NCBI GenBank assembly: GCA_963789955.1
Contig: CAWBMV010000022.1
Coordinates: 480,001 to 544,000 of the forward strand
From: an uncultured Candidatus Rokubacteria bacterium
GTDB taxonomy: Bacteria > Methylomirabilota > Methylomirabilia > Rokubacteriales > CSP1-6
Length of the DNA: 64,000 nucleotides
Reading direction: 5' to 3'
Shown here: piece by piece, positions 32,820 to 42,026 of the stretch
Layout: every line of letters starts with the position of its first letter
Numbering within the stretch: position 1 is the first letter of the stretch
Made by a program: the position numbers and the translations under genes
The notes under the pieces: generated by a model
The model's database searches: none
What the model was told of the DNA's origin: nothing
What the model saw: only the letters and a program-made list of their open reading frames with translations

Positions 32820-33617
32820 AGCGGAATCGTGCCGTGGGGCTCAAAAGAAGGCTCAAACGAAATGCGCGTGTCGTCAGGAATGGCGTGAAATTTGCGCTCT
32901 TTCGACTGCAAACATTCCGGTCGCGCAAGGAGAAGTTCGAGTGTCCGGTGTGCGGCTACATCGGCCCGCTCATGGATGTGCATCCTCCGACGGGTCTGAG
33001 AAAACACGCGAAATGTCCCTATTGTGGCGCGCTCGAGCGCCACAGACTGCAATACCTCGTGATCAGAGGCGTGTTGCAGGGTCGCGATACGTCAGCGATG
33101 AGCATGCTTCACTTCGCGCCCGAACCATGTTTTCGCCGATTGTTTCGCCGGCAGTTCGGACAGTACGAGACTGTCGACCTGGCTATGGACGATGTCGACT
33201 GCACATGTCGATATCCGAAACCTTCCATTCCGTGATGCGAGCTATGACTTCGTCATGGCGTCAGCGGTGCTCGACTACGTCCCCGACGACAGTACGGCGA
33301 TACGAGAAATTCGCCGGGTTCTCAAGCCACATGGCGTGGCGATTCTTCCCATCTCACTGGCAAGTCCCAAGACGATCGAATATTCGGAGCCGAATCCCTA
33401 CGAGGCTGGCCATCTGCGCGCGTGTGGGATGGACTATTTCGAGCGGTACGAACCCTATTTTCGTGAAGTGCAACGAATCGCTTCGGACTCTTTGCCCGCG
33501 AGATATCAGCTGTTCATTTATGAAGATAGAACTCTGTGGCCGAACAAGAGATCGCCACTGCGCGTGTCCATGCCGGGTGAAAAGCATATCGACGTTGTTC
33601 CTGTCTGTTACGCGTGA
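32813..33617 (+). CDS. SAM-dependent methyltransferase with N-terminal CxxC...CxxC, frameshifted near 33202
   Basis: CPVCG...CPYCGALERHR, MLHFAPE, then DIRNLPFRDASYDFV...EIRRVLKPHG in the next frame. Confidence 0.8.
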
Positions 33618-33663
33618 CGCCGACATGCGCGGCGTGCTTCGTGGCAGCCCTTCGTTCTAGGAC

Positions 33664-34695
33664 ATGAAACGCCATCTGGGCGCGCTCGTCAGATACTTGC
33701 CGCTGCCTCTCATGAGGACGATGCTGCCGGGTCGTGTGTTCATCGTGTGCTATCACGCCGTCAGCTCCCGCCCACTCCCTCACATGCGGAATCTGTATGA
33801 CATCAAATCGCCGCACCAGTTCGAGCAAGACCTGCTCTTCTTCAAGGAGCACTGCTACGTCGCGAGCCACGACGAGCTCGTCGCGCACCAGGAGGGCCGG
33901 CATCGCCTCCCTGACGGTTCGGTATGCATCACGTTCGACGACGGTTTTGCCGAGTGCCATGACACGGTGCGGCCCTTGCTTCTGAGGTATGGGCTCCCGT
34001 GTACGTTTTTCGTCTGTGAGAGCGTGGTCGACAATCGAGCGATGATATATCGGAACGCCATCAGCCTCTGTCTCGACGCCTTGCGCGGTATGAACGACGA
34101 AGAGCTCGGGGCCGCACGGGTGCGCCTCGGTGAGGGCTGTGGCGTTCGGTTCACGAATCGGGAGCAGCTTCGAAACTGGATACTGGGCTTGACGTATTCG
34201 CAGCGTGACAGAGTGCAGCTGATCTGTGAGGTTCTGGGGCTCGACACTGATGAGTTCCTTCGTCGTGAAAAGCCCTACATGACTCGGGAGCAGATCCTGG
34301 ACCTGCACCGCGACGGCTTCACGATCGGTGGACATTCGTGCAATCACCCTGAACTGTGGCTTCTGGATTGGGAGAACGCGACTCGCGAGATCGTTGACTC
34401 CTGCGATGCCGTGCGCGAGCTGACGAATCAAGAACGGGTCCCGTTCGCTTTCCCTTTCAACGGCGCGACTCTCAGCCGAGACAAACTCGTGCAATTGCGG
34501 CGGGAGCACCCATTTCTGAGCCTGTTCTACGACACGAACAACTTGCGGCTGGAACAGAAGTTCATTGTGAACCGGATCGCGGGCGACACGCCGGCAGGAT
34601 GTGAGACTGGTGAATCGAATTTCCCACTGCTGATGCGAGAGGCCTACGCTCTGGAGCCCCTGAGACAGATCAAGCGCATGGCGCGAGGGCTGTAA
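33664..34695 (+). CDS. Polysaccharide deacetylase (NodB/CE4)
   Basis: CYHAV, ITFDDG, TFFV, IGGHSCNHP and FAFPFNG motifs. Confidence 0.88.
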   Translation: MKRHLGALVRYLPLPLMRTMLPGRVFIVCYHAVSSRPLPHMRNLYDIKSPHQFEQDLLFFKEHCYVASHDELVAHQEGRHRLPDGSVCITFDDGFAECHDTVRPLLLRYGLPCTFFVCESVVDNRAMIYRNAISLCLDALRGMNDEELGAARVRLGEGCGVRFTNREQLRNWILGLTYSQRDRVQLICEVLGLDTDEFLRREKPYMTREQILDLHRDGFTIGGHSCNHPELWLLDWENATREIVDSCDAVRELTNQERVPFAFPFNGATLSRDKLVQLRREHPFLSLFYDTNNLRLEQKFIVNRIAGDTPAGCETGESNFPLLMREAYALEPLRQIKRMARGL

Positions 34696-34749
34696 CGCCG
34701 AGCCACGCTCATCGCCGATCTGGTTCCCTTCCGGCCCGCGAAGGATCAG

Positions 34750-34965
34750 CTGCCGCCGCTCATGGTCTACGTCGCCGCGGGCATGATCACCGCGAGCCTC
34801 GGCGTATGATCGGCTTGCTTGGCCACACCGACTCGATGCGCGCGTTCGCGAGCGTCGAGGCGTGTTCGGCTGTCCACGTTGCTCGCGCCGATCGGCTACG
34901 TCGTGCAGGACGTGGTCGCCGACGTGATGACGGTCGAGGCCGTGCCGCGCGTTGACGCCGAGGGC
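34750..34965 (+). pseudogene. Decayed partial copy of the BT1/MFS transporter gene at 36763-38418
   Basis: Nucleotide similarity to 36868-36902 and 37085-37269 (LPPLMVYVAAG; LLAPIGYVVQDVVAD.MTVEAVPR) with indels. Confidence 0.85.
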
Positions 34966-35599
34966 GGCGACCAGTATGGCTCCCTCGCGGTAAAGGTTGA
35001 CGTTCAGTCCTGGCGGCCGCGAGCCCGCCGTGAAGGGCTCTAGTCGGTTGCAGGAGGGACGAGGGCTCCTTTGGTCGGTGCAGCAAGACTTCGATGGGGC
35101 CGTCGGCGCGTGTGATTACCACGCGATCTGACTGATCCGCTCACCTGCCCGCCGCCAGCTATCTCGCGTCTATAGCTCGAGATTCGCTTCGTGACCAGAT
35201 CATGGACGAACGCGACACGAGTGTCGTCGCTGATTGCTCGCATAGAGTGCCAATGTCGACACCGCAGCGAGTGGGCCGTCGTTGCCGAGGATGCCGAGTC
35301 CGAACGATCGGGATGGAAGAGTGTGCGTTTTGCGATAATTCGTAATCTCCGCGCGAGGACAGCTCGCACCACGTCGTGCTCGCGAGGGGCAGAAGCCTCG
35401 AGCGGTCTTGCGGAGGGCAATGGCGACTGGTGAGCCGGGTAAGACGCGTGCGATGCGATGAACAGACGACCGACACCCCGGCCATGCAAGGTTGAGTGGA
35501 GCAGCCGCCTCCCACCCGCCCGCTGCGCAATGCCGAGCGGACGATCGCGAGATCGATGGAAATGCGCCGACGCACATCGTGTGCGACGCCGCGCCACCG

Positions 35600-35839
35600 G
35601 ACGAGCCTCGGCGGATGTGCCGCGAACGGCCAGACGAATCGTCCGGCCGCTGCGGATCGGCCACGGCGCCGACTCTGCAAGTGACGGCGCCCGTAATGAA
35701 AAGAATGACGTCGTCGTAATCGTTGTCGTCGTAGAACCCGGGAATCCACGTCGGGTCCGTCGGGGCTGGCGTGGGCACAGGGGGGAAGCGCGAGCAGGAC
35801 GCCCAGGAGGAGAGCAGCAACTAACCCCCGGGATCTCAT
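35600..35839 (-). pseudogene. Small secreted protein (signal peptide plus DPTWIPGFYDDNDYDDV motif), frameshifted or degenerate
   Basis: MRSRGLVAALLLGVLLALPPCAHASP joins DPTWIPGFYDDNDYDDVILFIT in another frame. 3' end undefined. Confidence 0.45.
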
Positions 35840-35946
35840 GGTCCCGCGACCATACGCCGGTCGCACATCAGGCGCAAGGGCCCGAGAGACGTTCCGCGAA
35901 GCGGACCGATACGCGCGGAAACTGATGCAGACTTCAGGCGCGCGCG

Positions 35947-36237
35947 TCAGACTCCTTCGACGATGCGGATGTCGCGCTCGGCGCCGCTGCCGAGCGCCTT
36001 CAGCGCGGCCTGGTAGCCGGGGCTGTCGTGCGCCGCGGTCGCCTGCGCGACGCTGTCGAACTCGATCAGGACCGTGCGCTGGTTCATGCCGACCTCGTAG
36101 GTCTTCGACGGCATGCCGCGCGCGAGAAAGCGGCCGCCCGCGGCCTGGATGGCCGGCGCCGCGAGCTTCGCGTACGCGGCCAGCGCGTCAGGGTTCTTGA
36201 TGGAGTGATAGCACGCGATCCAGTACGCCTTCGCCAT
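35947..36237 (-). CDS. DUF1330 family protein
   Basis: AAGGRFLARG, RTVLIEFDS, SPGYQAA and RIVEGV motifs. Confidence 0.9.
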   Translation of the reverse strand: MAKAYWIACYHSIKNPDALAAYAKLAAPAIQAAGGRFLARGMPSKTYEVGMNQRTVLIEFDSVAQATAAHDSPGYQAALKALGSGAERDIRIVEGV

Positions 36238-36262
36238 GACGTCCTCCTATTCTCATTCTTGT

Positions 36263-36311
36263 GCGCGCCTCGGCCGGCGGGGCCCCAGCCCCGCGACGGC
36301 CTGCAGCGCGC
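36263..36311 (-). repeat. Single copy of a REP-like palindromic element
   Basis: Reverse complement GCGCGCTGCAGGCCGTCGCGGGGCTGGGGCCCCGCCGGCCGAGGCGCGC matches the core of the repeats at 55864-56054. Confidence 0.85.
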
Positions 36312-36322
36312 ACGGCTGCTCG

Positions 36323-36685
36323 TTACTTCTTCTTGAACGCGCCTTCGTGGTCGAGCTGCATCAGCGCCTGCACGCCCGTGCTCAGGGTCGGGCCACCGCC
36401 CGGCACCGCCGCCGACTCGATCGCCTCGAGCAGCTCACGCTTGGTGGCGCCGTGCTCGATGGCCCGGCGCATGTGCGTCACCACGCCGTTCTCGAGGCCG
36501 CGGTAGGCCAGAATCCCGATGATGACCATCTCGCGATGCTTGATCGAGAGCTCCTTGCCCTCGCCGACCGACAGCGCGCTCAACGGCCCGCGGGCCCGCA
36601 CGTACTCCGGATCTTCTTTCGCCATCCAGTCCCAGAACGGGTAGCCGTATGGGCTGGCGGTCTTGCCGTCGACCTTGTCGCTCAT
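36323..36685 (-). CDS. Carboxymuconolactone decarboxylase (CMD) family protein
   Basis: LSIKHREMVIIGILA...HMRRAIEHGATKRELLEAI...GGP. Confidence 0.85.
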   Translation of the reverse strand: MSDKVDGKTASPYGYPFWDWMAKEDPEYVRARGPLSALSVGEGKELSIKHREMVIIGILAYRGLENGVVTHMRRAIEHGATKRELLEAIESAAVPGGGPTLSTGVQALMQLDHEGAFKKK

Positions 36686-36762
36686 CGTGACCCTCCTGAA
36701 GGTTTTCGCGCCGAAGGTATCACATTGCCCGGAACGGTGATTCCGGGCATACCCTGTGACCA

Positions 36763-38418
36763 ATGGCGTCCGCGCCGCCTTCCACCGCGCCGGGAGCCGT
36801 CGGCTTCGCCCGGTCCTGGATCGATCGAAACTTCCTGGCTCTCGGGCGGGAGATGCGCCTGTCGTATCTGCCGCCGCTCATGGTGTACGTCGCGGCGGGC
36901 ATCTCCGGGCTCACGGCGATCGTCGCCACGTTCTACATCAAGGAGCGTCTGGGGCTGTCCGCGGAGTTCCTCGCCGGGCTCGGCTTCTGGGCGGGCCTGC
37001 CGTGGGCGCTCAAGGTGCCGCTCGGGCATCTGGTCGATTTGATCTGGCGCTGGAAGGGCGCGCTCGTCTTCGTGGGCGCGGGCACGATCACCGCGAGCCT
37101 CGCGATCATGATCGGCCTGCTCGGCTACACCGACTCGATGCGCGCGCTCTGGAGCATCGAGGCGTGGTTCGTGCTGTCCACCTTGCTCGCGCCGATCGGC
37201 TACGTCGTGCAGGACGTCGTCGCCGACGCGATGACGGTCGAGGCGGTGCCGCGCTTCGACGCCGACGGCACTCCGATCGGCATGGCCGAGCGCAAATCGA
37301 TGAACACCACCGTGCAGACGCTCGGTCGCGTCGCGATCATCGGCGGCTCCGTGCTGGTCTCGCTCGCCAACGTGTACCTGCTGCGTGGAGTGGGGGACAT
37401 GCCCGCGGCCGAGAAGGCGCTGGCCTATCTCCGGGTCTATCAGCTGGCGCTGATCATTCCGGTCGTCTCGGTGCTCGGCGTCGTCCTGGCCTCGGCGCTT
37501 CGCTGGCGCGACGGTCGACGGCTGATGGCGAAGGGGTTCGCCAGGAGCGAGGCGCGCCGGATGCTGAATCCCCACGGCGAGCGGCCGCCGATCAACTGGT
37601 GGATCATCGGCGGCGGCCTCGTCTTTGCGGTCGTCTCGCTCGGGGTCGGCATCGGGAACGTCGCCGGCGGGCAGGAGATCGTGTTCGGCGCGTCGATGGC
37701 GATCGTGCTGTTCCTGATGTGGCGCATCACGAACGAGCTCGAGCCGGACGCGCGACACGTGCTGGTGGGCACGGCGGCCCTGGTGTTCGTGTTCCGGGCG
37801 ATCCCCAGCCCCGGCGCCGGCTCCACCTGGTGGATGATCGATCAGCTCGGCTTCGACCAGCAATTCCTGGCCGAGCTGTCGCTGATCGGCAGCGTCCTCA
37901 CCCTGGCCGGGTTGTTCATCTTCCGCCGCTTCATGGCCGAGCGATCGATCGCCTACATCGTCGGCTCCTTGACGGTCGTCGCCACGGTCATCGGCGCGCC
38001 GGTCGTCGGCATGTACTACGGCCTGCACCACTGGACCGCGGCGCACACCGGGGGCCTCGTGGACGCGCGCATGATCGTGCTCATCGACACGGCCATCGAA
38101 TCGCCGCTGGGCCAGATCGCGATGGTGCCGATGCTGGCCTGGATCGCGAACTCGGCGCCCGACCGGTTGAAGGCGACGTTCTTCGCGGTCATGGCCTCGT
38201 TCACCAACCTGGCGCTGGCCGCCTCGCAGCTCGGAACGAAGTACCTGAACCAGGCCTTCGTCGTCACGCGCGAGGTGAAGGACGCGTCGGGCGCGATCAC
38301 GACGCCGGCGGACTACCATCAGCTCGGGGTCTTGCTGGTGCTGACGACCGTGATCGGATTCGTGCTGCCGATGCTGGCGGTGGTCTTCGTGAAGGCGACG
38401 CGCTTCCGCAGCGCCTGA
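36763..38418 (+). CDS. MFS transporter, BT1 (folate/biopterin)-like
   Basis: About 12 TM segments, with LPWALK, QDVVADAMTVE and ATFFAVMASFTNL motifs. Confidence 0.8.
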   Translation: MASAPPSTAPGAVGFARSWIDRNFLALGREMRLSYLPPLMVYVAAGISGLTAIVATFYIKERLGLSAEFLAGLGFWAGLPWALKVPLGHLVDLIWRWKGALVFVGAGTITASLAIMIGLLGYTDSMRALWSIEAWFVLSTLLAPIGYVVQDVVADAMTVEAVPRFDADGTPIGMAERKSMNTTVQTLGRVAIIGGSVLVSLANVYLLRGVGDMPAAEKALAYLRVYQLALIIPVVSVLGVVLASALRWRDGRRLMAKGFARSEARRMLNPHGERPPINWWIIGGGLVFAVVSLGVGIGNVAGGQEIVFGASMAIVLFLMWRITNELEPDARHVLVGTAALVFVFRAIPSPGAGSTWWMIDQLGFDQQFLAELSLIGSVLTLAGLFIFRRFMAERSIAYIVGSLTVVATVIGAPVVGMYYGLHHWTAAHTGGLVDARMIVLIDTAIESPLGQIAMVPMLAWIANSAPDRLKATFFAVMASFTNLALAASQLGTKYLNQAFVVTREVKDASGAITTPADYHQLGVLLVLTTVIGFVLPMLAVVFVKATRFRSA

Positions 38419-38435
38419 GGCGACGGGCCGCGCAG

Positions 38436-38921
38436 CTAGCGCGGCAGCAGCATGATCTCGGCGGGACTCGTTTCGGCCACCTTGATGTTCAGGCGCCAGG
38501 GTGCCGGGCCGACCTGGTCGAGCGCGAAGTACAGCACCGTATTCCCCGCCACGCGCGCGTCGCCGCTGCCGACGGGAACGCTGACGCCCACGCCGCTGCC
38601 GACGCCCACGCCGCCGCCGCGGCCGCCGCTGAAGCTGCCGCCGCCGAATCCGAAGCCGACGGTGGGGCCGGGGTTGTAGGCCATGGGTGGCTGCTCGATC
38701 GTCTGCGGCCGGACGACGGCGTTGTCGGCCCTCACGATCTGCGCGTCTTCCAGTCGATAGCCGCTGGTGTCGATTTCGACGCGCAGTCGGTCGGCCATGA
38801 CCATGTAGTCGGCGGACAGGGTCGCGCCCGACGGCTGGGATACCGGCTTGTAAGGAAGCGTGGTGCTCGAGCATCCGGTCAGCGCGATCGCCAGCGCGAA
38901 CAGGTATCTCGTGAGCTTCAT
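38436..38921 (-). CDS. Lipoprotein, hypothetical
   Basis: Lipobox LTGC and a Gly-rich GVGVG segment. Confidence 0.75.
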   Translation of the reverse strand: MKLTRYLFALAIALTGCSSTTLPYKPVSQPSGATLSADYMVMADRLRVEIDTSGYRLEDAQIVRADNAVVRPQTIEQPPMAYNPGPTVGFGFGGGSFSGGRGGGVGVGSGVGVSVPVGSGDARVAGNTVLYFALDQVGPAPWRLNIKVAETSPAEIMLLPR

Positions 38922-38930
38922 CGCATCCTC

Positions 38931-40859
38931 CTAACCGGAGTGTAGTTGACCACCGGCTTGCTTGGCCACCACCTGAAGGATCCCGGCCCCGTACTTCGCT
39001 GCCTTATATGGTCCCACACCGTGGGCGCGCTCGAGCTCGGCGAGGTCGCGGGGGCGGAGCGCGGCGATGTCGCGCAGGGTGCGGTCGCTGGCGACGATGA
39101 ACGGGGCGACGCCTTCGGCTCGGGCCACGGTGAGGCGATAACGACGGAGCGCCTCGAAAAGATCCTGCGCCGGCGCGTCCAGCTCGGCGGGCTCGCGCGC
39201 GGCCAGGCTCGCGGGCACGCGGTCGATCGTCGCCGTATCGCGTCGGCGCGCCGGCTCGGCGCCCGGGCTGCGCGCTTCGGGCGGGAGCAGAAGCCTCGCC
39301 GGACGCTCGCCGCGCATCACGGCGCGCCCGTCGTCGGTGAGCGTGACGACCGGGCGGTCGATACCGGCGAAGCTCACCCAGCCGGCCGAGACGCACCGGC
39401 GCAGCAGCGCGACCAGCCACGGCGCCGCGTGCTCCTTGAGGTTGCCGAAGGTCTTCACGGTGGTGAGTCCGGCCCGATCGAGGCGCTCGTCGGGCTCGCC
39501 GCGGACCAGCTTGACGGCGAGCTGGAGCCCGAAGCGCCCGTGCACACGCGCGACGCCCGAGAGCGCTTTGCGGACGATCAAGGTCACGCGCTCGGGATCG
39601 CGCGCCTCCGGAGCGTCGCCGAGGGCGAGACACACGTCGCAGCGGCCGCAGCCGGCGAGCGTCTCCGCTTCGTCGCCGAAGTAACGAAGAATCGCGTCGT
39701 GGCGGCAGCTGCCGCCCTCGGCCCAGCGAATCAGCTCGAGGAACATGCTCCACTTGTGCTCGACCACTGCGGCGTCCGCGGTCGCGTCGCCGGCGCCCCG
39801 CTCGAGGAGCGCCCGCCGCAGCGGCAGATCGCGCGTGCTGATGAGCAGGAGCCCGAGCGCGGGGGCGCCGTCGCGGCCGGCGCGCCCGACTTCCTGGTAG
39901 TAGGCTTCGATCGATCCCGGCGGGCCGAGATGGATCACCGCGCGGACGTCCGGACGGTCGATCCCCATCCCGAACGCGTTGGTCGCCACCACGATCTCGA
40001 GCTGGCCGTCCGCGAACTCGCGCTGCGCGACGTCGCGCGTCTTCCCGTCGAGCCCGGCGTGGTACGCCCGCACGCGCCAGCGGCGCGCGGCGAGCCGCGC
40101 GCTTTCTTCGTCCGCTTGCTTGCGCGTCGGCGCGTAGACGATGGCCGTCCCGCGCGCGCGCCCCGGACCGCCGAGCGCCTCGGCGAGGGCGCCGTCCACG
40201 AGGCTGTCTCGCTCGCGACGCCCGCCGATCTCGGCGGCGCGCAGCGCCAGGTTGGGCCGCGCGAAGCCGCGCACGATCTGCGGCGTATCCGGCGGCAGAC
40301 CGAGCCGGGCGAGGATCTCGTCGCGCACGATCGGCGTCGCGGTCGCCGTGCAGGCCAGCACGCGCGCGCGGGGCAGATCGCCGAGCACGGCGCCGATCTC
40401 GAGATACTCCGGCCGGAAGTCGTGACCCCACTCGCTGATGCAGTGGGCCTCGTCGATCGCGACGAGCGGGCAGTCGAACTCGCGCAGGAGTGCCCGGAAT
40501 CCGGGGAACGCGAGACGCTCGGGCGCGACGTAGACGAGCGCCATCTCGCGCCGGGCGATCAGCGCCATGCGCCGGCGCATCTCCGATGCGTCGAGCGTGG
40601 ACGCGAGATAGGTCGCGCGGACCCCGCGCGCCTCGAGCGCCTGGACCTGATCGGCCATGAGCGCCACCAGCGGCGACACGACCAGGGTCGTTCCTTGCAG
40701 GATCGTCGCCGGGAGCTGGTAGCTCAGGCTCTTGCCGCCGCCCGTCGGCGCCACGAGCAGGAGCCGGCCCTGCGCGAACAAGGTTTCCACCGCCTCGCGC
40801 TGGCCCGGACGAAACTCCGTGTAGCCCAGCCGCGCGAGGGCCACGTCGAGGTCGCTCAC
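38931..40859 (-). CDS. recQ: RecQ family ATP-dependent DNA helicase
   Basis: PTGGGKSLSYQLP, DEAHCISEWGHDFRP, ATNAFGMGID, YYQEVGRAGRDG, Zn motif CR...CGRCDVC, RQC and HRDC domains. Confidence 0.95.
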   Translation of the reverse strand: MSDLDVALARLGYTEFRPGQREAVETLFAQGRLLLVAPTGGGKSLSYQLPATILQGTTLVVSPLVALMADQVQALEARGVRATYLASTLDASEMRRRMALIARREMALVYVAPERLAFPGFRALLREFDCPLVAIDEAHCISEWGHDFRPEYLEIGAVLGDLPRARVLACTATATPIVRDEILARLGLPPDTPQIVRGFARPNLALRAAEIGGRRERDSLVDGALAEALGGPGRARGTAIVYAPTRKQADEESARLAARRWRVRAYHAGLDGKTRDVAQREFADGQLEIVVATNAFGMGIDRPDVRAVIHLGPPGSIEAYYQEVGRAGRDGAPALGLLLISTRDLPLRRALLERGAGDATADAAVVEHKWSMFLELIRWAEGGSCRHDAILRYFGDEAETLAGCGRCDVCLALGDAPEARDPERVTLIVRKALSGVARVHGRFGLQLAVKLVRGEPDERLDRAGLTTVKTFGNLKEHAAPWLVALLRRCVSAGWVSFAGIDRPVVTLTDDGRAVMRGERPARLLLPPEARSPGAEPARRRDTATIDRVPASLAAREPAELDAPAQDLFEALRRYRLTVARAEGVAPFIVASDRTLRDIAALRPRDLAELERAHGVGPYKAAKYGAGILQVVAKQAGGQLHSG

Positions 40860-41070
40860 GCTTCACCCGTCACGCCTCTGGATATAGCAGAGGCGCTCGT
40901 GACCAACAACGCGTCCACGAAATGTGTCATCCAGCGGTGGGCGACGATGCGGCGCGAGCGGGCGAGGCAGCGGCGCGCGCCGCGGCGCGTGTCAGCGATG
41001 AGGGGCGACGGCGAAGGGCGCGCAGATCACGAGACCGCGCGATCCCGCGAGCACGACGTGATTCGAGCGA

Positions 41071-41208
41071 TCAGCGGACGCCGTCGGCGCGCACGATGAA
41101 GTGCTTCTGCGCCGCCGGCATTTCGACGTCGATGGGTTTCGGGTTGATCGACGCGCAACCGACGAGCAGGAGGACCAATCCAAGGGACGCATACCGGAGA
41201 GCCACCAT
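41071..41208 (-). CDS. Small 45-aa lipoprotein (not in ORF track)
   Basis: MVALRYASLGLVLLLVGCASINPKPIDVEMPAAQKHFIVRADGVR*. AGGAGG RBS and LVGC lipobox. Confidence 0.75.
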   Translation of the reverse strand: MVALRYASLGLVLLLVGCASINPKPIDVEMPAAQKHFIVRADGVR

Positions 41209-41289
41209 TGCTTCCTCCTGCCACGGGAGCGAGTGCGCGGCAGAATAGAAGCGATGCTGATTTCTGTCAAGCCGGACGTGGGGTTCCGG

Positions 41290-41324
41290 AAAAAATGACG
41301 GCGCGGGAGAGGCCCGCGCCGTCA
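41290..41324 (-). terminator. Rho-independent terminator
   Basis: 12-bp stem TGACGGCGCGGG/CCCGCGCCGTCA followed by T6 on the minus strand, just after the stop at 41347. Confidence 0.85.
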
Positions 41325-41346
41325 GAGCTTCGCGACGAGGGAGTTC

Positions 41347-41676
41347 TTAGTTGCTGTCGCCGGGGCTCTGGATCTCGTTCCGCTCGGGGAAGGACCGGGG
41401 GCTGAGGTTCAGCTCCTGGCCATTGTGGTACGCGCGGCCGTCACGCAAGATGACCTGGTTGGCCGGGTACTGGGGCGCCGTCTGAACGCTCTGGGCCTGG
41501 ACACCCGACGCCTGACCGGCGACCTGAGGATTAGCCTGTCCCGCCTGGCACGGACCGAAGTTCGTGCCCTCGGACCCGTACGAGCCGCCACACCAGGCGC
41601 CCTGACCCTGAGCGAAGGCCATCGCCGGGATGGCCACCGCCGCTACCGCAATCGCTACGACTCCCGTCCAGCGCAT
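41347..41676 (-). CDS. Small secreted protein, hypothetical
   Basis: Signal peptide MRWTGVVAIAVAAVAIPAMAFA, WCGGSY...GTNFGPC motif, GGAG RBS, downstream terminator. Confidence 0.75.
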   Translation of the reverse strand: MRWTGVVAIAVAAVAIPAMAFAQGQGAWCGGSYGSEGTNFGPCQAGQANPQVAGQASGVQAQSVQTAPQYPANQVILRDGRAYHNGQELNLSPRSFPERNEIQSPGDSN

Positions 41677-41958
41677 GTCGCACTCTCCGTCGTGTGTGAG
41701 ATTCACTGCACTGACTTCGACCGAATCCGCGTTTCAAGCGATTCCGAGAAAAAGCAACGCCGATGCCAAGGAGCCGCGGTCGGCCCCTGGTCGGTGGCGT
41801 GTGCACTTAGCGGGCAGAGCCAGGAGACGGGCGCGCCGCGACGGGTTTTACGATGCCGGAAAATGTTCTCTATCGGTGCCGTGCTGACAACACGTCCTCG
41901 ACGAAATTGCTTGACTCGAACGGGACGGCGCATCCGTCCGGCGTGCCAAAGACTGCGG

Positions 41959-41994
41959 CTTGACACGGGGCCGCGGCTGGAGCAGCCTCGCGTG
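41959..41994 (+). promoter_or_regulatory. Bipartite motif CTTGAC-N19-AGCCTCGCGTG upstream of E1-alpha
   Basis: Same motif and spacing as at 55805-55840. Confidence 0.6.
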
Positions 41995-42026
41995 AGGCTT
42001 CGAAGGACACACGGGGAGACCTTGCG

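Noticed and set aside
40869..40903. Hairpin CGCCTCTG-N7-CAGAGGCG upstream of recQ as an SOS-type operator or terminator
   Set aside because: No U-tract, no second copy in the window, and no match to a LexA box I can support.
36682..41099. Long antisense or alternate-frame ORFs (e.g. 730, 729, 717 and 620 aa; also 41703-43880)
   Set aside because: Arg/Pro/Gly-rich shadows of real high-GC genes, with no recognisable motifs.
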